This document shows positions 1 through 9,348 of a stretch of DNA of 44,549 nucleotides, piece after piece (positions within the stretch are counted from its first letter, which is position 1; each line of letters begins with the position of its first letter). Source of the DNA: Prevotellaceae bacterium (lineage in GTDB: Bacteria > Bacteroidota > Bacteroidia > Bacteroidales > Bacteroidaceae); NCBI GenBank assembly GCA_030523165.1, contig JAUNIZ010000001.1, forward strand, positions 1-44,549. The letters run 5' to 3'. The notes under the pieces are model-generated. The model saw only the letters and a list, made by a program, of their open reading frames with translations. It had not been told where the DNA came from and ran no database searches. A program made the translations under genes and the position numbers.

Positions 1-56
1 AAATAGCTAAACTCTTTGACGAAGACTTTTGGGTGACACGATGACGAAGTCAGGAG

Positions 57-923
57 GTGAAAGAATCAAGTCTTTCTACCTATGCCATTCATGCAGAAAA
101 GCATTTGTTGCCCTTTTTCGGCAATAAAAGCGATGTTACGGAAAACGAAGTGCAGGAGTTTGCACTGATGAAACTTAGAGAAGGGCTAAGCAGAAACACG
201 ATAAGAGACATACTTCTTGTGCTGCGAATGGTCATGTCATTCGGCATGCGACATGACATGATAACGTATTACAACTGGAAAATACATCTTCCAAAAGAAA
301 ATGAAAGAAAGGAACTGCCTGTGCTCACTAAGCTTGAGCAACGGAGAATGATGGATTTTCTAAATGAAAACTTTTCTTTCCGTAACCTTGGACTATACAT
401 ATGTATATGCACAGGCATGAGAATCGGAGAGATATGCGCGTTGAAATGGGATGATATAAACCTTAATACGAAGACGATAATGATAAGGAGAACAATTGAA
501 AGAGTGTATGTCAGGGAGAAGGAACAAAGCTATACAAAAGTGGTAATAGGCGCTCCAAAGACAATAAACTCAATACGCGACATACCTGTCAGCGGTGATT
601 TAATAAGGATATTGCGCCCTATCATGAGCCTTGTAAATACAGACAACTACGTTATCTCCAATAAAAACAAGCCTATAGAGCCACGTATTTACCGGACATA
701 TTATAAACGTGTAATGACGAAACTCGGCATGCCCAATATCAAATTCCACGGATTAAGGCACACATTCGCTACCAGATGCATAGAAAGCAACTGCGATTAC
801 AAGACCGTAAGCTCTATTCTAGGGCATGCAAGCATAAGTACAACGATGAATCTATATGTGCATCCAAATATAGACCAGAAACGGAAATGCATTGAAAAGA
901 TGCTCAGAACGGTAAAGAAATAG
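57..923 (+). CDS. Tyrosine recombinase / site-specific integrase (GTG start; N-terminus may be truncated)
   Basis: Full catalytic set visible: GMRIGE (R), PKT (K), FHGLRH (HxxR), LGH (H), NLYVH (Y). In-frame TGA at 42-44 upstream of the GTG. Confidence 0.9.
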   Translation: MKESSLSTYAIHAEKHLLPFFGNKSDVTENEVQEFALMKLREGLSRNTIRDILLVLRMVMSFGMRHDMITYYNWKIHLPKENERKELPVLTKLEQRRMMDFLNENFSFRNLGLYICICTGMRIGEICALKWDDINLNTKTIMIRRTIERVYVREKEQSYTKVVIGAPKTINSIRDIPVSGDLIRILRPIMSLVNTDNYVISNKNKPIEPRIYRTYYKRVMTKLGMPNIKFHGLRHTFATRCIESNCDYKTVSSILGHASISTTMNLYVHPNIDQKRKCIEKMLRTVKK

Positions 924-933
924 ATGTTTTTGC

Positions 934-975
934 ATAAAGGAGTTGTCTGGAACAAAGCACAGATAACTCCTTTAT
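934..975. terminator. Probable bidirectional intrinsic terminator between convergent integrase and DUF3109 genes
   Basis: ATAAAGGAGTTGTCTG (934-949) pairs with CAGATAACTCCTTTAT (960-975) with one imperfect pair (G-U on the + transcript). Confidence 0.75.
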
Positions 976-990
976 CTTTCTCCTTATACC

Positions 991-1584
991 TTATTTAATA
1001 TAGCCTGCCTTCAGCAATTCATTGGCGATAAGTTCCAGTTCGTTATACCATTCCTCGCCGAACCGTCTTACAAGAGGCGCTTTCAGAAACTTATAAACGG
1101 GCAAATCAAGCTCCTTTCCCTTCTTTACGGCATCCTTACACACATCCCAACGATGATAATTAAGCGCTATTGTGCCATTTGAAAACACCTTTTCGCGTAT
1201 AGGATAAAGTGCACAACTGATTGGTTTGCAGAAGCTTGTCTTGCCGCTACGATATGCTTTTTCCAGCAGACAAAGGCAACATCCGTCTTCATGGCATGTG
1301 AAAACGCAGTCTTTACCATTGACTATACTTGTTACAAGGTCGCCGTCTCGGTCAGTATAAGCCACTCCCTGACGGTCAATAACCGACTGGGCGTTTGCTG
1401 AAATACCGTTCCATACCGTTTCCAAAGCATCTTCTATTCCACCTATTTCATCTAATGTAACGGGTGCGCCAGCATCGCCTTCAACACAGCAGATGCCCTT
1501 ACAGGCATCAAGATCGCAGCAAAAGCGTTCTGTAAATATATCTGACGACACAAGGGCATCGCCTACTTGTATTATTGGAAGCAT
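991..1584 (-). CDS. DUF3109 family Cys-rich protein
   Basis: FCCDLDACKGICCVEGDAGAP and KPISCALYPIR motifs typical of this Bacteroidetes family. Confidence 0.85.
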   Translation of the reverse strand: MLPIIQVGDALVSSDIFTERFCCDLDACKGICCVEGDAGAPVTLDEIGGIEDALETVWNGISANAQSVIDRQGVAYTDRDGDLVTSIVNGKDCVFTCHEDGCCLCLLEKAYRSGKTSFCKPISCALYPIREKVFSNGTIALNYHRWDVCKDAVKKGKELDLPVYKFLKAPLVRRFGEEWYNELELIANELLKAGYIK

Positions 1585-1690
1585 GAGTATTTGTGGTTAT
1601 TTTTTATAAGTTCATCTGTCTAAAGGCATGACTTCAATATCCGTTTATGCCATGCCGCGTTTTGCATTCATTTGTTATAACATCAGGAAA

Positions 1691-2353
1691 TCACCATTCT
1701 ATCGGTTCCAATCCTTCGCGTTTAAGGTATTGGTTGGCAAGGCTGAAATGATGATTGCCGAAGAATCCTCTATGCGCAGATAGCGGTGAAGGGTGAGGAG
1801 AACGAAGGATAAAATGCTTGGAAGCATCTATCAGCTGGGCTTTGCTTTGCGCATAGCTGCCCCAAAGAATAAAGACAATGTTCTTGCGGTCAGCGGAAAG
1901 CGTGCGAATAACGGCATCTGTAAATTCTTCCCAACCGTGTTTCTGATGGCTTCCTGCCTGATGTGCACGCACCGTAAGCGTGGCATTGAGCAAAAGAACA
2001 CCCTGTTCAGCCCAACGGACAAGGCTTCCGCTCATAGGGATAGGTATGCCTAAGTCGGCTTGAATCTCCTTGAAGATATTGACAAGTGACGGTGGGAAAG
2101 CCACTCCGTCATTCACTGAGAAGCAAAGACCCTGTGCCTGGCCTGGCTCATGATATGGATCCTGACCTATTATTACGACCTTTACCTTGTCGAAAGGACA
2201 GAGGTTGAAAGCATTGAAAATCAGCTTACCGGGAGGGTAACACGTGTGATTGCGATATTCTTCATGCACAAACTGAATGAGATTCTCAAAATATGGCTTA
2301 TCAAACTCAGCCCCTACATGATGCTTCCATGATTCTTCTATCGTAACGTTCAT
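1691..2353 (-). CDS. ung: Uracil-DNA glycosylase, family 1
   Basis: GQDPYH, GVLLLN and HPSPLS motifs. Confidence 0.97.
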   Translation of the reverse strand: MNVTIEESWKHHVGAEFDKPYFENLIQFVHEEYRNHTCYPPGKLIFNAFNLCPFDKVKVVIIGQDPYHEPGQAQGLCFSVNDGVAFPPSLVNIFKEIQADLGIPIPMSGSLVRWAEQGVLLLNATLTVRAHQAGSHQKHGWEEFTDAVIRTLSADRKNIVFILWGSYAQSKAQLIDASKHFILRSPHPSPLSAHRGFFGNHHFSLANQYLKREGLEPIEW

Positions 2354-2374
2354 AATGTTTTATTGGAATGAAAA

Positions 2375-2390
2375 TACTTTTGCAAAAGTA
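2375..2390. promoter_or_regulatory. Palindromic double -7 box; the minus-strand copy is the probable ung promoter
   Basis: TACTTTTGCAAAAGTA is a perfect 16-bp palindrome with TAnnTTTG on both strands; the minus-strand box (2383-2390) ends 29 nt upstream of the ung ATG. Confidence 0.6.
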
Positions 2391-2478
2391 CGAAAAATAA
2401 CACTTTACAAGATATTTATGAAGTTAAAGGGAGTTAAACCGCTTTATGGGCTATTGACAAAAATACAGACAAACGAAA

Positions 2479-2566
2479 GAAACCATAGTTTTCGTGAAAG
2501 GAAAGCTATGTTTTCCTAACAAGAAAACTATGGTTTGCTTATGCTAAAACGTATCTTTGTATGAAC
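2479..2566. repeat. Degenerate tandem array, 4 x 22 bp (core nAAA-N7-TTT)
   Basis: GAAACCATAGTTTTCGTGAAAG / GAAAGCTATGTTTTCCTAACAA / GAAAACTATGGTTTGCTTATGC / TAAAACGTATCTTTGTATGAAC. Confidence 0.8.
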
Positions 2567-2597
2567 CGACTCGAAAGTCTAATGCTCGGAACGGAAT

Positions 2598-4952
2598 TTA
2601 TTGATATACATATATCTTATAATCCTTTATGCTTCCAGGAGCGCCTTGCTCTGCTCGTGGCAGATATTCAATGCCGCTAATGGTCTGGTTAGAACCTAAG
2701 TCTATTACGATTACATGTGGATAAGCCACGCCTTTTACCGTGCTCCAGTAAGTAGATTCCTGAAGGTCAAACGTCTTGTCAGCAGTCATATTGCCGTTTT
2801 CAACGTTCTCACTATCAGCATATTTCACCGTCCAAGGCTCTCGGCTGATGCGTTTTCCTGATGCATCGAGAACATAAAGCTCGGCTATTGACGCAATTTC
2901 CTTGCCGTCTTGAGCGCTTAAGCCTTCTATTGCCACATATCTTCCTGTCTTTTGCGAACCGAAAGCAACGGTCTGCCATCCGTTTCCGCTATTGAAACTG
3001 CCCTCTTTAGCTATAGGCAACGATGATGTATCGAGCGTTTCGCCCGGCTTGCGATGCACAGATGGTCGGTCTAAATTCAGCTTATTAAGCTCAGGTTTAT
3101 CCTGTCCGAAAGCTGTAGGTTCACCTTTTGGACCCACTACATCGAGCACTATCACCTCGTTTTTGCCTTTCTTCAGCCAGCAGCCAGGAACATATAGCGT
3201 CTGCTGCGGGCCTATACTCCAGAATCTTCCTATAGCATGACCGTTCACATATACCTGTCCTTTGCCGAACGCCTCTGTGTTCAGGAATGTGTCACCAGTC
3301 TTCTTCAGATTGAAATAACCACGATAGTAACCTATCTTCTCTCCCACTCTGTCATTGCGAAGCACATCTTCAGTAGCTTTAGACAATGCATTTACAGCTG
3401 TCGTATAGTCATCTGAGATTCGGCGAATGTTCCAGTCTTTAAGGTTCCATGTAACATCATCGCCATCGATAGTGCCGTTTATCGTGACCTCTTTGGTTAT
3501 TCCCTTGAAGTCTTTTATAGCTCTTCCGAAGTTTATACGGCCCATTGCCTCAACAAGAATGGTAAGCGTCTGCCCCTTTTTAACGGAAGGAAGGGTAAGC
3601 GTCTTTTCGTTTTGCACACGGTCAATCTTGCCTATATACTTTCCGTCTATGAATATCTGAACAAAGTCATGCCCATCGGTCACATTAAGAACGCTCTTTC
3701 CGTTTATCTCAGGCAATGCCGTTGAGTATATCATAGAGCCCCATCCCATGTTCATTTCCTCGAATGTAAGGGTGTTACGGCTATCTGCTACGCTGTCTAC
3801 ACCATTCTCAAAAGGAGCGAATTCGGTAAGTTTGAACTCTGGAACGCTAATCAACGGTGCAGCTGGCTTCGGCACATTCGGCAGCTTTTCATCGCTGTAC
3901 TTCTGAAGCAAGTTACGCAGCTCATAGTATTTAGGTGTAGCTTGCCCGTATTCATTGATAGGCGCGTCATAGTCATAAGACGTTACATCAGGGGCAAAAC
4001 CTGGTGAATTGGCACCTGCCCAATGCCCGAACGATGTTCCACCATGTGCCATATACAATGAAAACGATATTCCTTTAGAAAGCATCTCGTCGATATTGTC
4101 AACCATAGCCTTGGCTGGGCGTGTCTCATGTTGCGCTCCCCACTTGTCAAACCAGCCACTCCAGAACTCTGAACACATCTTCGGGGCATCTGGCCTTAGC
4201 TCTCCAAGACGACGGAACTGCTCGTCTATGTTTGCTCCAGTGCCGAAATTCATGGTCCAAACCAAATCGTCAAGACCATTGTTCGTAAAGTTACTTGCCC
4301 AATCGCATTGGAAAAGCGTAACCTTATCAAAGCCTGATTCCTTGACAATATCTCTGATTGCCGAAACATAAGCCTTGTCTATGCCGTATGAACCATATTC
4401 ATTCTCGACCTGAACCATAATTATAGGTCCCCCGTTCTGGATAGTAAGCGATGACAACTGCTTGCCTACCTCATGCTCGAATATCCTTACACGTTCCATA
4501 AAATATGGGTCTTGCTCGCGCAAACGTATGTCTTTCTTCTTCAGAAGCCACCACGGAAGACCTCCCATTTCCCATTCTGCACATACATAAGGGCCTGGGC
4601 GCACGATAACATACATTCCGTTTTTCTGGGCAATACGGCAGAACTCGGCTACATCATTGTTTCCTGTAAAGTCGAAAACGCCTTCATGCTGCTCGTGTAT
4701 GTTCCAGAAAACATAAAGGCAGACGGTATTCATGCCCAACGACTTGCACATTTTTATCCTATGTTCCCAGTATTGACGTGGTATACGAGGATAATGTAAC
4801 TCTGCCGCTTTTACTATAAACGGCTTGCCGTTCAATAGAAACGTGTTCTTGCCGGTAGTGAAACTTCCCTTCTCTGATGCCGATACGGTCAATGAAAAAA
4901 GAGTCAAGCACAAGGCCAACACAACAACTTTGATTGATTCTGATAATTTCAT
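2598..4952 (-). CDS. GH35 beta-galactosidase with C-terminal F5/8 type C (CBM32-like) domain; signal peptide
   Basis: ELHYPRIPR, RPGPYVCAEWEMGGLPWWL, QVENEYG, SEFWSGWFD and TSYDYDAP motifs; C-terminal STYWST...IDLG...YLPR. Confidence 0.93.
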   Translation of the reverse strand: MKLSESIKVVVLALCLTLFSLTVSASEKGSFTTGKNTFLLNGKPFIVKAAELHYPRIPRQYWEHRIKMCKSLGMNTVCLYVFWNIHEQHEGVFDFTGNNDVAEFCRIAQKNGMYVIVRPGPYVCAEWEMGGLPWWLLKKKDIRLREQDPYFMERVRIFEHEVGKQLSSLTIQNGGPIIMVQVENEYGSYGIDKAYVSAIRDIVKESGFDKVTLFQCDWASNFTNNGLDDLVWTMNFGTGANIDEQFRRLGELRPDAPKMCSEFWSGWFDKWGAQHETRPAKAMVDNIDEMLSKGISFSLYMAHGGTSFGHWAGANSPGFAPDVTSYDYDAPINEYGQATPKYYELRNLLQKYSDEKLPNVPKPAAPLISVPEFKLTEFAPFENGVDSVADSRNTLTFEEMNMGWGSMIYSTALPEINGKSVLNVTDGHDFVQIFIDGKYIGKIDRVQNEKTLTLPSVKKGQTLTILVEAMGRINFGRAIKDFKGITKEVTINGTIDGDDVTWNLKDWNIRRISDDYTTAVNALSKATEDVLRNDRVGEKIGYYRGYFNLKKTGDTFLNTEAFGKGQVYVNGHAIGRFWSIGPQQTLYVPGCWLKKGKNEVIVLDVVGPKGEPTAFGQDKPELNKLNLDRPSVHRKPGETLDTSSLPIAKEGSFNSGNGWQTVAFGSQKTGRYVAIEGLSAQDGKEIASIAELYVLDASGKRISREPWTVKYADSENVENGNMTADKTFDLQESTYWSTVKGVAYPHVIVIDLGSNQTISGIEYLPRAEQGAPGSIKDYKIYVYQ

Positions 4953-5037
4953 GGTTTTCTATATCTTACATTTATTAATTCAATATATTACATATAGTAT
5001 TACAATCCTTACATTTATATACTTCTATATCTGTTTG

Positions 5038-5045
5038 CAAAAATA
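5038..5045 (-). promoter_or_regulatory. Bacteroidetes -7 box for GH35
   Basis: TATTTTTG on the minus strand, 85 nt upstream of the ATG. Confidence 0.5.
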
Positions 5046-5224
5046 CTCAAATATAATAGAAAAACATGGAATAAAAGTCATTTAAAATAGGGTGAAAATC
5101 GTCATTATACACTTATAGCTATCATTTTCTAATATTTATTATGCTTATAGTATTGATTATCATCGCATGATTTTTATATATTATCAAGCACCTGAAACAT
5201 TATAACTCTGCATATTTTGCCGTT

Positions 5225-5286
5225 AAAGTATTGATTAAGGTTAAAATAGTATCATTAAATAATAAAAAAATGCTCTATCTTTGCAA
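5225..5286 (+). promoter_or_regulatory. PUL promoter 1 with a putative activator direct repeat
   Basis: AAAGTAT (5225) and ATAGTATCAT (5246) are 21 bp apart, followed by TATCTTTGCAA at 5276; same geometry as 7929-7990. Confidence 0.65.
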
Positions 5287-5324
5287 ATGACAAAACCAAT
5301 TTTTTAACCTTAAAACAAAACAGC

Positions 5325-6299
5325 ATGAAAAAGATTTACTTTATTTTATTCGCGTTAATCGTATCTATCAACGCTTTTGGAGCAAAAGAACAACTTCCAT
5401 TAACCAATGACGGAATGAATGCAGGTTGGGGTGATGCAACTTTTGACGAGACGACAAAGACCGTTACTTATGTAAGCGCATGGACAGGAAAAGGCTGGGC
5501 TTGGTGGAACGGAGGCAAGGATTGTTCTAACTATTCAAAGATTGTCGTTACCTTTGACACATCAACAGACATTGAACAACTGAAGCTTGTCGTTGAATAT
5601 TGCGATGCCAACGGTACTAATACAGGCTATTCTGATTCAGGAATGGTAAACGGAAGCGACGGAAAACTGGAAGTTGCTTTAGATTCAGAACTTAAAAGCG
5701 GTATTCTTCAGGTATATATCCAGAATAGCACAGTAGGTTCCGTTACACTCACAGATGCATATCTAGAATCTGAAGACGATGGAGAAACTGTTTCAAATAC
5801 AGTATGGGAAGGTGAACAAAGATTTGACACATGGGCAGGATTGTCTATATCTGCAAGCAAGTTTGCAGGCTTGACAATAGACGATAAACTGGTTTTCACA
5901 ATCTCAGAATTATTTGACGTTCCTGAGCAGGGCTGGACTTACGGTGGCCAGATTCTACTTAAACATGCCGATTGGTCGGATATGATTGTCGGAGACCATA
6001 TCGCGATCACTACTCCAGTGCCTTATGACTATATAATGGAACTTACAGAAGAAGCTGTAACTGAGGCTACTACCAATGGCGTAATTATACAGGGCATGGG
6101 ATTTACTATCACAAAGATTTCAATACAGAAGCCTGCAACAGAGATTAATAATGTAGCTGACAACCAGTCAACGATAGTAAGAACCGAATATTACAACATG
6201 TCTGGACAACGCATCTGCACACCACAAAAAGGAATAAACATAATAAAGAATGTTCTTAGTAATGGAAATACAATTAGTAAGAAGGTAGTCTTAAGGTAA
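5325..6299 (+). CDS. Secreted non-catalytic protein: two Trp-rich CBM-like domains plus T9SS type A CTD
   Basis: SPI signal peptide; WTGKGWAWW and VWEG...DTW motifs; C-terminus TEINNV...YYNMSGQRI...KGINII...KKVVLR; no GH catalytic motif seen. Confidence 0.7.
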   Translation: MKKIYFILFALIVSINAFGAKEQLPLTNDGMNAGWGDATFDETTKTVTYVSAWTGKGWAWWNGGKDCSNYSKIVVTFDTSTDIEQLKLVVEYCDANGTNTGYSDSGMVNGSDGKLEVALDSELKSGILQVYIQNSTVGSVTLTDAYLESEDDGETVSNTVWEGEQRFDTWAGLSISASKFAGLTIDDKLVFTISELFDVPEQGWTYGGQILLKHADWSDMIVGDHIAITTPVPYDYIMELTEEAVTEATTNGVIIQGMGFTITKISIQKPATEINNVADNQSTIVRTEYYNMSGQRICTPQKGINIIKNVLSNGNTISKKVVLR

Positions 6300-6320
6300 A
6301 AGATTTTCTTGATTACTTTC

Positions 6321-6357
6321 GGGGAAGATTATGTCTGCCTGACATAACTTCCCCTTT
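6321..6357 (+). terminator. Stem-loop (terminator or mRNA stabiliser)
   Basis: GGGGAAG-A-TTATGTC, loop TGCCT, GACATAACTTCCCC, then TTT. Confidence 0.65.
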
Positions 6358-6406
6358 AGTCGCTAAAAATACTGATATTAATGACAACATTACAAAAGAA
6401 GAGATT

Positions 6407-7711
6407 ATGAAAAGATATGTCCTGGTATTGCTAACATTAATATGTTTCACTATAAATACAGACGCAAAAAATAAATTTATCAAGGTAGAGAACGGCAAGT
6501 TCATGCGAGATGGTTCACCATATTATTATGTTGGAACCAATTTTTGGTATGGAGCAATACTCGGTTCCGAAGGACAAGGCGGCAACAGAAATAGGCTTTG
6601 TCGTGAACTTGACGAAATGAAAGCTATGGGTATAGATAATCTACGCATCCTTGTTGGCTCTGATGGAGAACGCGGTGTGCCTACAAAAGTAGAACCTACC
6701 TTGCAGATTGAGCCTGGTGTTTATAACGATACAATACTTGCAGGACTTGATTATCTTCTAATGGAAATGGGTAAACGTGACATGGTAGCAGTGCTTTACC
6801 TTAATAATTCATGGGAATGGAGCGGTGGATATGGATTCTATCTTCAGCATGCAGGAGCGGGTAAAGCCCCTATTCCTGCTATTGAAGGATATGACAAATA
6901 TATGAATTTCGTTGCTTCTTATGCAACAAACGAGAAAGCTCACCAACTGTTTTACAATTACGTTTCCTTCATTCTCAACCGCAAGAACCGCTATACCAAT
7001 AAAGAATACATTAACGATCCGACAATCATGTCATGGCAAATAGGCAATGAACCACGCGCTTTCAGTCGCGAAGCTTTGCCTTATTTTGAGAAATGGCTAG
7101 CCGAAGCCTCTGCCCTTATACGTAGTATTGACAAGAATCACCTTATATCTATAGGAAGCGAAGGCGCATGGGGATGTGAAAATGATTATGAAGTATATGA
7201 ACGAATATGCGCAGATAAAAACATTGACTATTGCAATATTCACCTATGGCCTTATAATTGGGGATGGGCAAAAAAGGATTCTTTGATTGAGAATCTTGAC
7301 CGTTCGTGCATAAATACAAAAGACTATATAGACCGTCATCTTAGTATATGCAAGCGTCTTAGCAAACCTTTGGTCATGGAAGAGTTTGGTTTTCCACGTG
7401 ACAATTTCTCGTTCTCCCTCTCTTCTTCAACGATAGCAAGAGATGCATATTATAAATATGTGTTCTCTCTTGTTGCCGACAATGCTGAACAAGGCGGCTT
7501 ATTCGCAGGATGTAACTTCTGGGGATGGGGAGGTTTCGCTAGTCCTAAACATGAAAACTGGCAGCCTGGAGATGACTATTGTGGCGATCCAGCGCAAGAA
7601 GCTCAAGGACTTAACAGTGTTTTTGCAGGGGATAAGAGTACACTTCAGGTTATAAAACAGCAAGTGGACAGAATGAATGCAGTAATAAAAGTACAAGGGA
7701 AAGATAAATAA
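6407..7711 (+). CDS. GH5 beta-mannanase/mannosidase (subfamily 7-like)
   Basis: GTNFWYG, NNSWEWSGG, WQIGNEPR (acid/base), IHLWP, VMEEFG (nucleophile), NFWGWGG, GDPAQE; signal peptide. Confidence 0.88.
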   Translation: MKRYVLVLLTLICFTINTDAKNKFIKVENGKFMRDGSPYYYVGTNFWYGAILGSEGQGGNRNRLCRELDEMKAMGIDNLRILVGSDGERGVPTKVEPTLQIEPGVYNDTILAGLDYLLMEMGKRDMVAVLYLNNSWEWSGGYGFYLQHAGAGKAPIPAIEGYDKYMNFVASYATNEKAHQLFYNYVSFILNRKNRYTNKEYINDPTIMSWQIGNEPRAFSREALPYFEKWLAEASALIRSIDKNHLISIGSEGAWGCENDYEVYERICADKNIDYCNIHLWPYNWGWAKKDSLIENLDRSCINTKDYIDRHLSICKRLSKPLVMEEFGFPRDNFSFSLSSSTIARDAYYKYVFSLVADNAEQGGLFAGCNFWGWGGFASPKHENWQPGDDYCGDPAQEAQGLNSVFAGDKSTLQVIKQQVDRMNAVIKVQGKDK

Positions 7712-7928
7712 AGTATTAGTTATACAATATAAGTAAGCCTATTTAAACAATATCAATACTATTTTTACAAGCCTAGCACTTTGATTAATGATATCAAGGC
7801 TTTGATATTTGATGTACAAATTACAATTTTATGAAAGTTCTCATAATATTATGATTCAAAGCACTACTTTTATTGTAAAAATGGAGAAAAACGCTAAATT
7901 TTCTAGATATTTTAATAGATATGTCATA

Positions 7929-7990
7929 AAAGTATAAGTATACATCAATATAGTATCATAAATATAAAGAAATTAGATATATCTTTGCAA
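7929..7990 (+). promoter_or_regulatory. PUL promoter 2 (GH27-susC operon) with a putative activator direct repeat
   Basis: AAAGTAT (7929) and ATAGTATCAT (7950) are 21 bp apart, followed by TATCTTTGCAA at 7980. Confidence 0.65.
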
Positions 7991-8026
7991 CTGAAAGATA
8001 ATATAAACACTTAATTATTACTTATC

Positions 8027-9277
8027 ATGAAACAACAAAACCTATATAAGTTAACAAGAATGCTATTTATAGTATTATGTCTGACTATGACGACAGATAC
8101 TATAGCCCAGAAATATCCAGGACTCGGCGATACACCTCAGATGGGATGGAGTACATGGAATAAGTTCCAAGGAAATATTAATGAGGAAATAATCAAAGGC
8201 ATTGCAGATGCGATGGTGTCTACAGGCTTGAAAGATGCCGGATATACATATATTAATATAGATGACTGCTGGCACGGAAAGCGAGATGCAGATGGATTTA
8301 TACAATGCGATCCGAAAAGATTCCCAAGCGGAATGAAGGCTTTAGCAGACTATATTCATTCTAAAGGTCTTAAAATAGGTATATATAGCGATGCCGGAAC
8401 CGAAACATGTGCAGGCATGCCAGGTAGTCTTGGCCATGAATATCAAGATGCATTACAATATGCTAGATGGGAAATAGACTATCTGAAATATGACTGGTGC
8501 AGCACGGAACAAAACTTTGTCAATCAACGTTGCGCATATTTACTTATGAGTGAAGCTTTACACGCTACAGGAAGACCAATATTTCTAAGCATGTGTGAAT
8601 GGGGAAGTTCAAAGCCTTGGCGTTGGGCAAGAGATATAGGCAACTCTTGGCGCACTACACCTGATATATGGTGTTCTTTTGACTCATTAAGAGTATTCCC
8701 TACATATACACAGTTTAGCGTTATGGATTGCATTAACTATAATGATTCATTACGTGTCTATGCAGGCAAAGGGCACTGGAATGACCCTGATATGCTTGAA
8801 TGCGGAAACGGAATGACTATCAATGAAGACCGCGCACATTTCTCTATGTGGTGCATGATGGCAAGCCCACTTATCCTTGGCAATGACATTAGAAATATGA
8901 GCGATGAGGTAAAATGCATCATAATGAACAAGGAAGCTATTGCTATTAACCAAGATACACTTGGCGTGCAATGTCTGAAATTTGGTGAGGAAAACGGATT
9001 AAAAATATACTTTAAACCGCTTGTAGGAGGAGATTGGGCAATATGTTTCCTTAATCCTACCAAGAAGAACGTTGAATATGATATAAACTGGCAGCACTTC
9101 AATCTGACAGACAACGAAGTAAGCAAAGCAAGTACGGCCTTTGATACTAACACATATAAGATATATAATATATGGACACATAAGACTGAAGGCAAGACAT
9201 CAAAATCTAACAAAATAACAAAGAAAATAACTATACCTAGTCATGACGTTGTAATGTATCGTCTGACAAAAATATAA
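8027..9277 (+). CDS. GH27 alpha-galactosidase
   Basis: TPQMGWSTWN, INIDDCW, DYLKYDWC, SWRTTPDI and HWNDPDML motifs. Confidence 0.93.
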   Translation: MKQQNLYKLTRMLFIVLCLTMTTDTIAQKYPGLGDTPQMGWSTWNKFQGNINEEIIKGIADAMVSTGLKDAGYTYINIDDCWHGKRDADGFIQCDPKRFPSGMKALADYIHSKGLKIGIYSDAGTETCAGMPGSLGHEYQDALQYARWEIDYLKYDWCSTEQNFVNQRCAYLLMSEALHATGRPIFLSMCEWGSSKPWRWARDIGNSWRTTPDIWCSFDSLRVFPTYTQFSVMDCINYNDSLRVYAGKGHWNDPDMLECGNGMTINEDRAHFSMWCMMASPLILGNDIRNMSDEVKCIIMNKEAIAINQDTLGVQCLKFGEENGLKIYFKPLVGGDWAICFLNPTKKNVEYDINWQHFNLTDNEVSKASTAFDTNTYKIYNIWTHKTEGKTSKSNKITKKITIPSHDVVMYRLTKI

Positions 9278-9348
9278 TGGATAGAATCCAAATATATAAT
9301 AGAATAATAACTTAACATTAATTATAACCTTAAATTAAATTACGCCTA

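Noticed and set aside
42-44. Programmed TGA readthrough or alternative genetic code in the integrase
   Set aside because: TGA is an ordinary stop for several genes here (ung, susC, AraC); no other support for recoding.
4953-5324. Invertible (phase-variable) promoter at the GH35/PUL divergence
   Set aside because: No long inverted repeats flanking a promoter were seen by eye; an einverted search would settle it.
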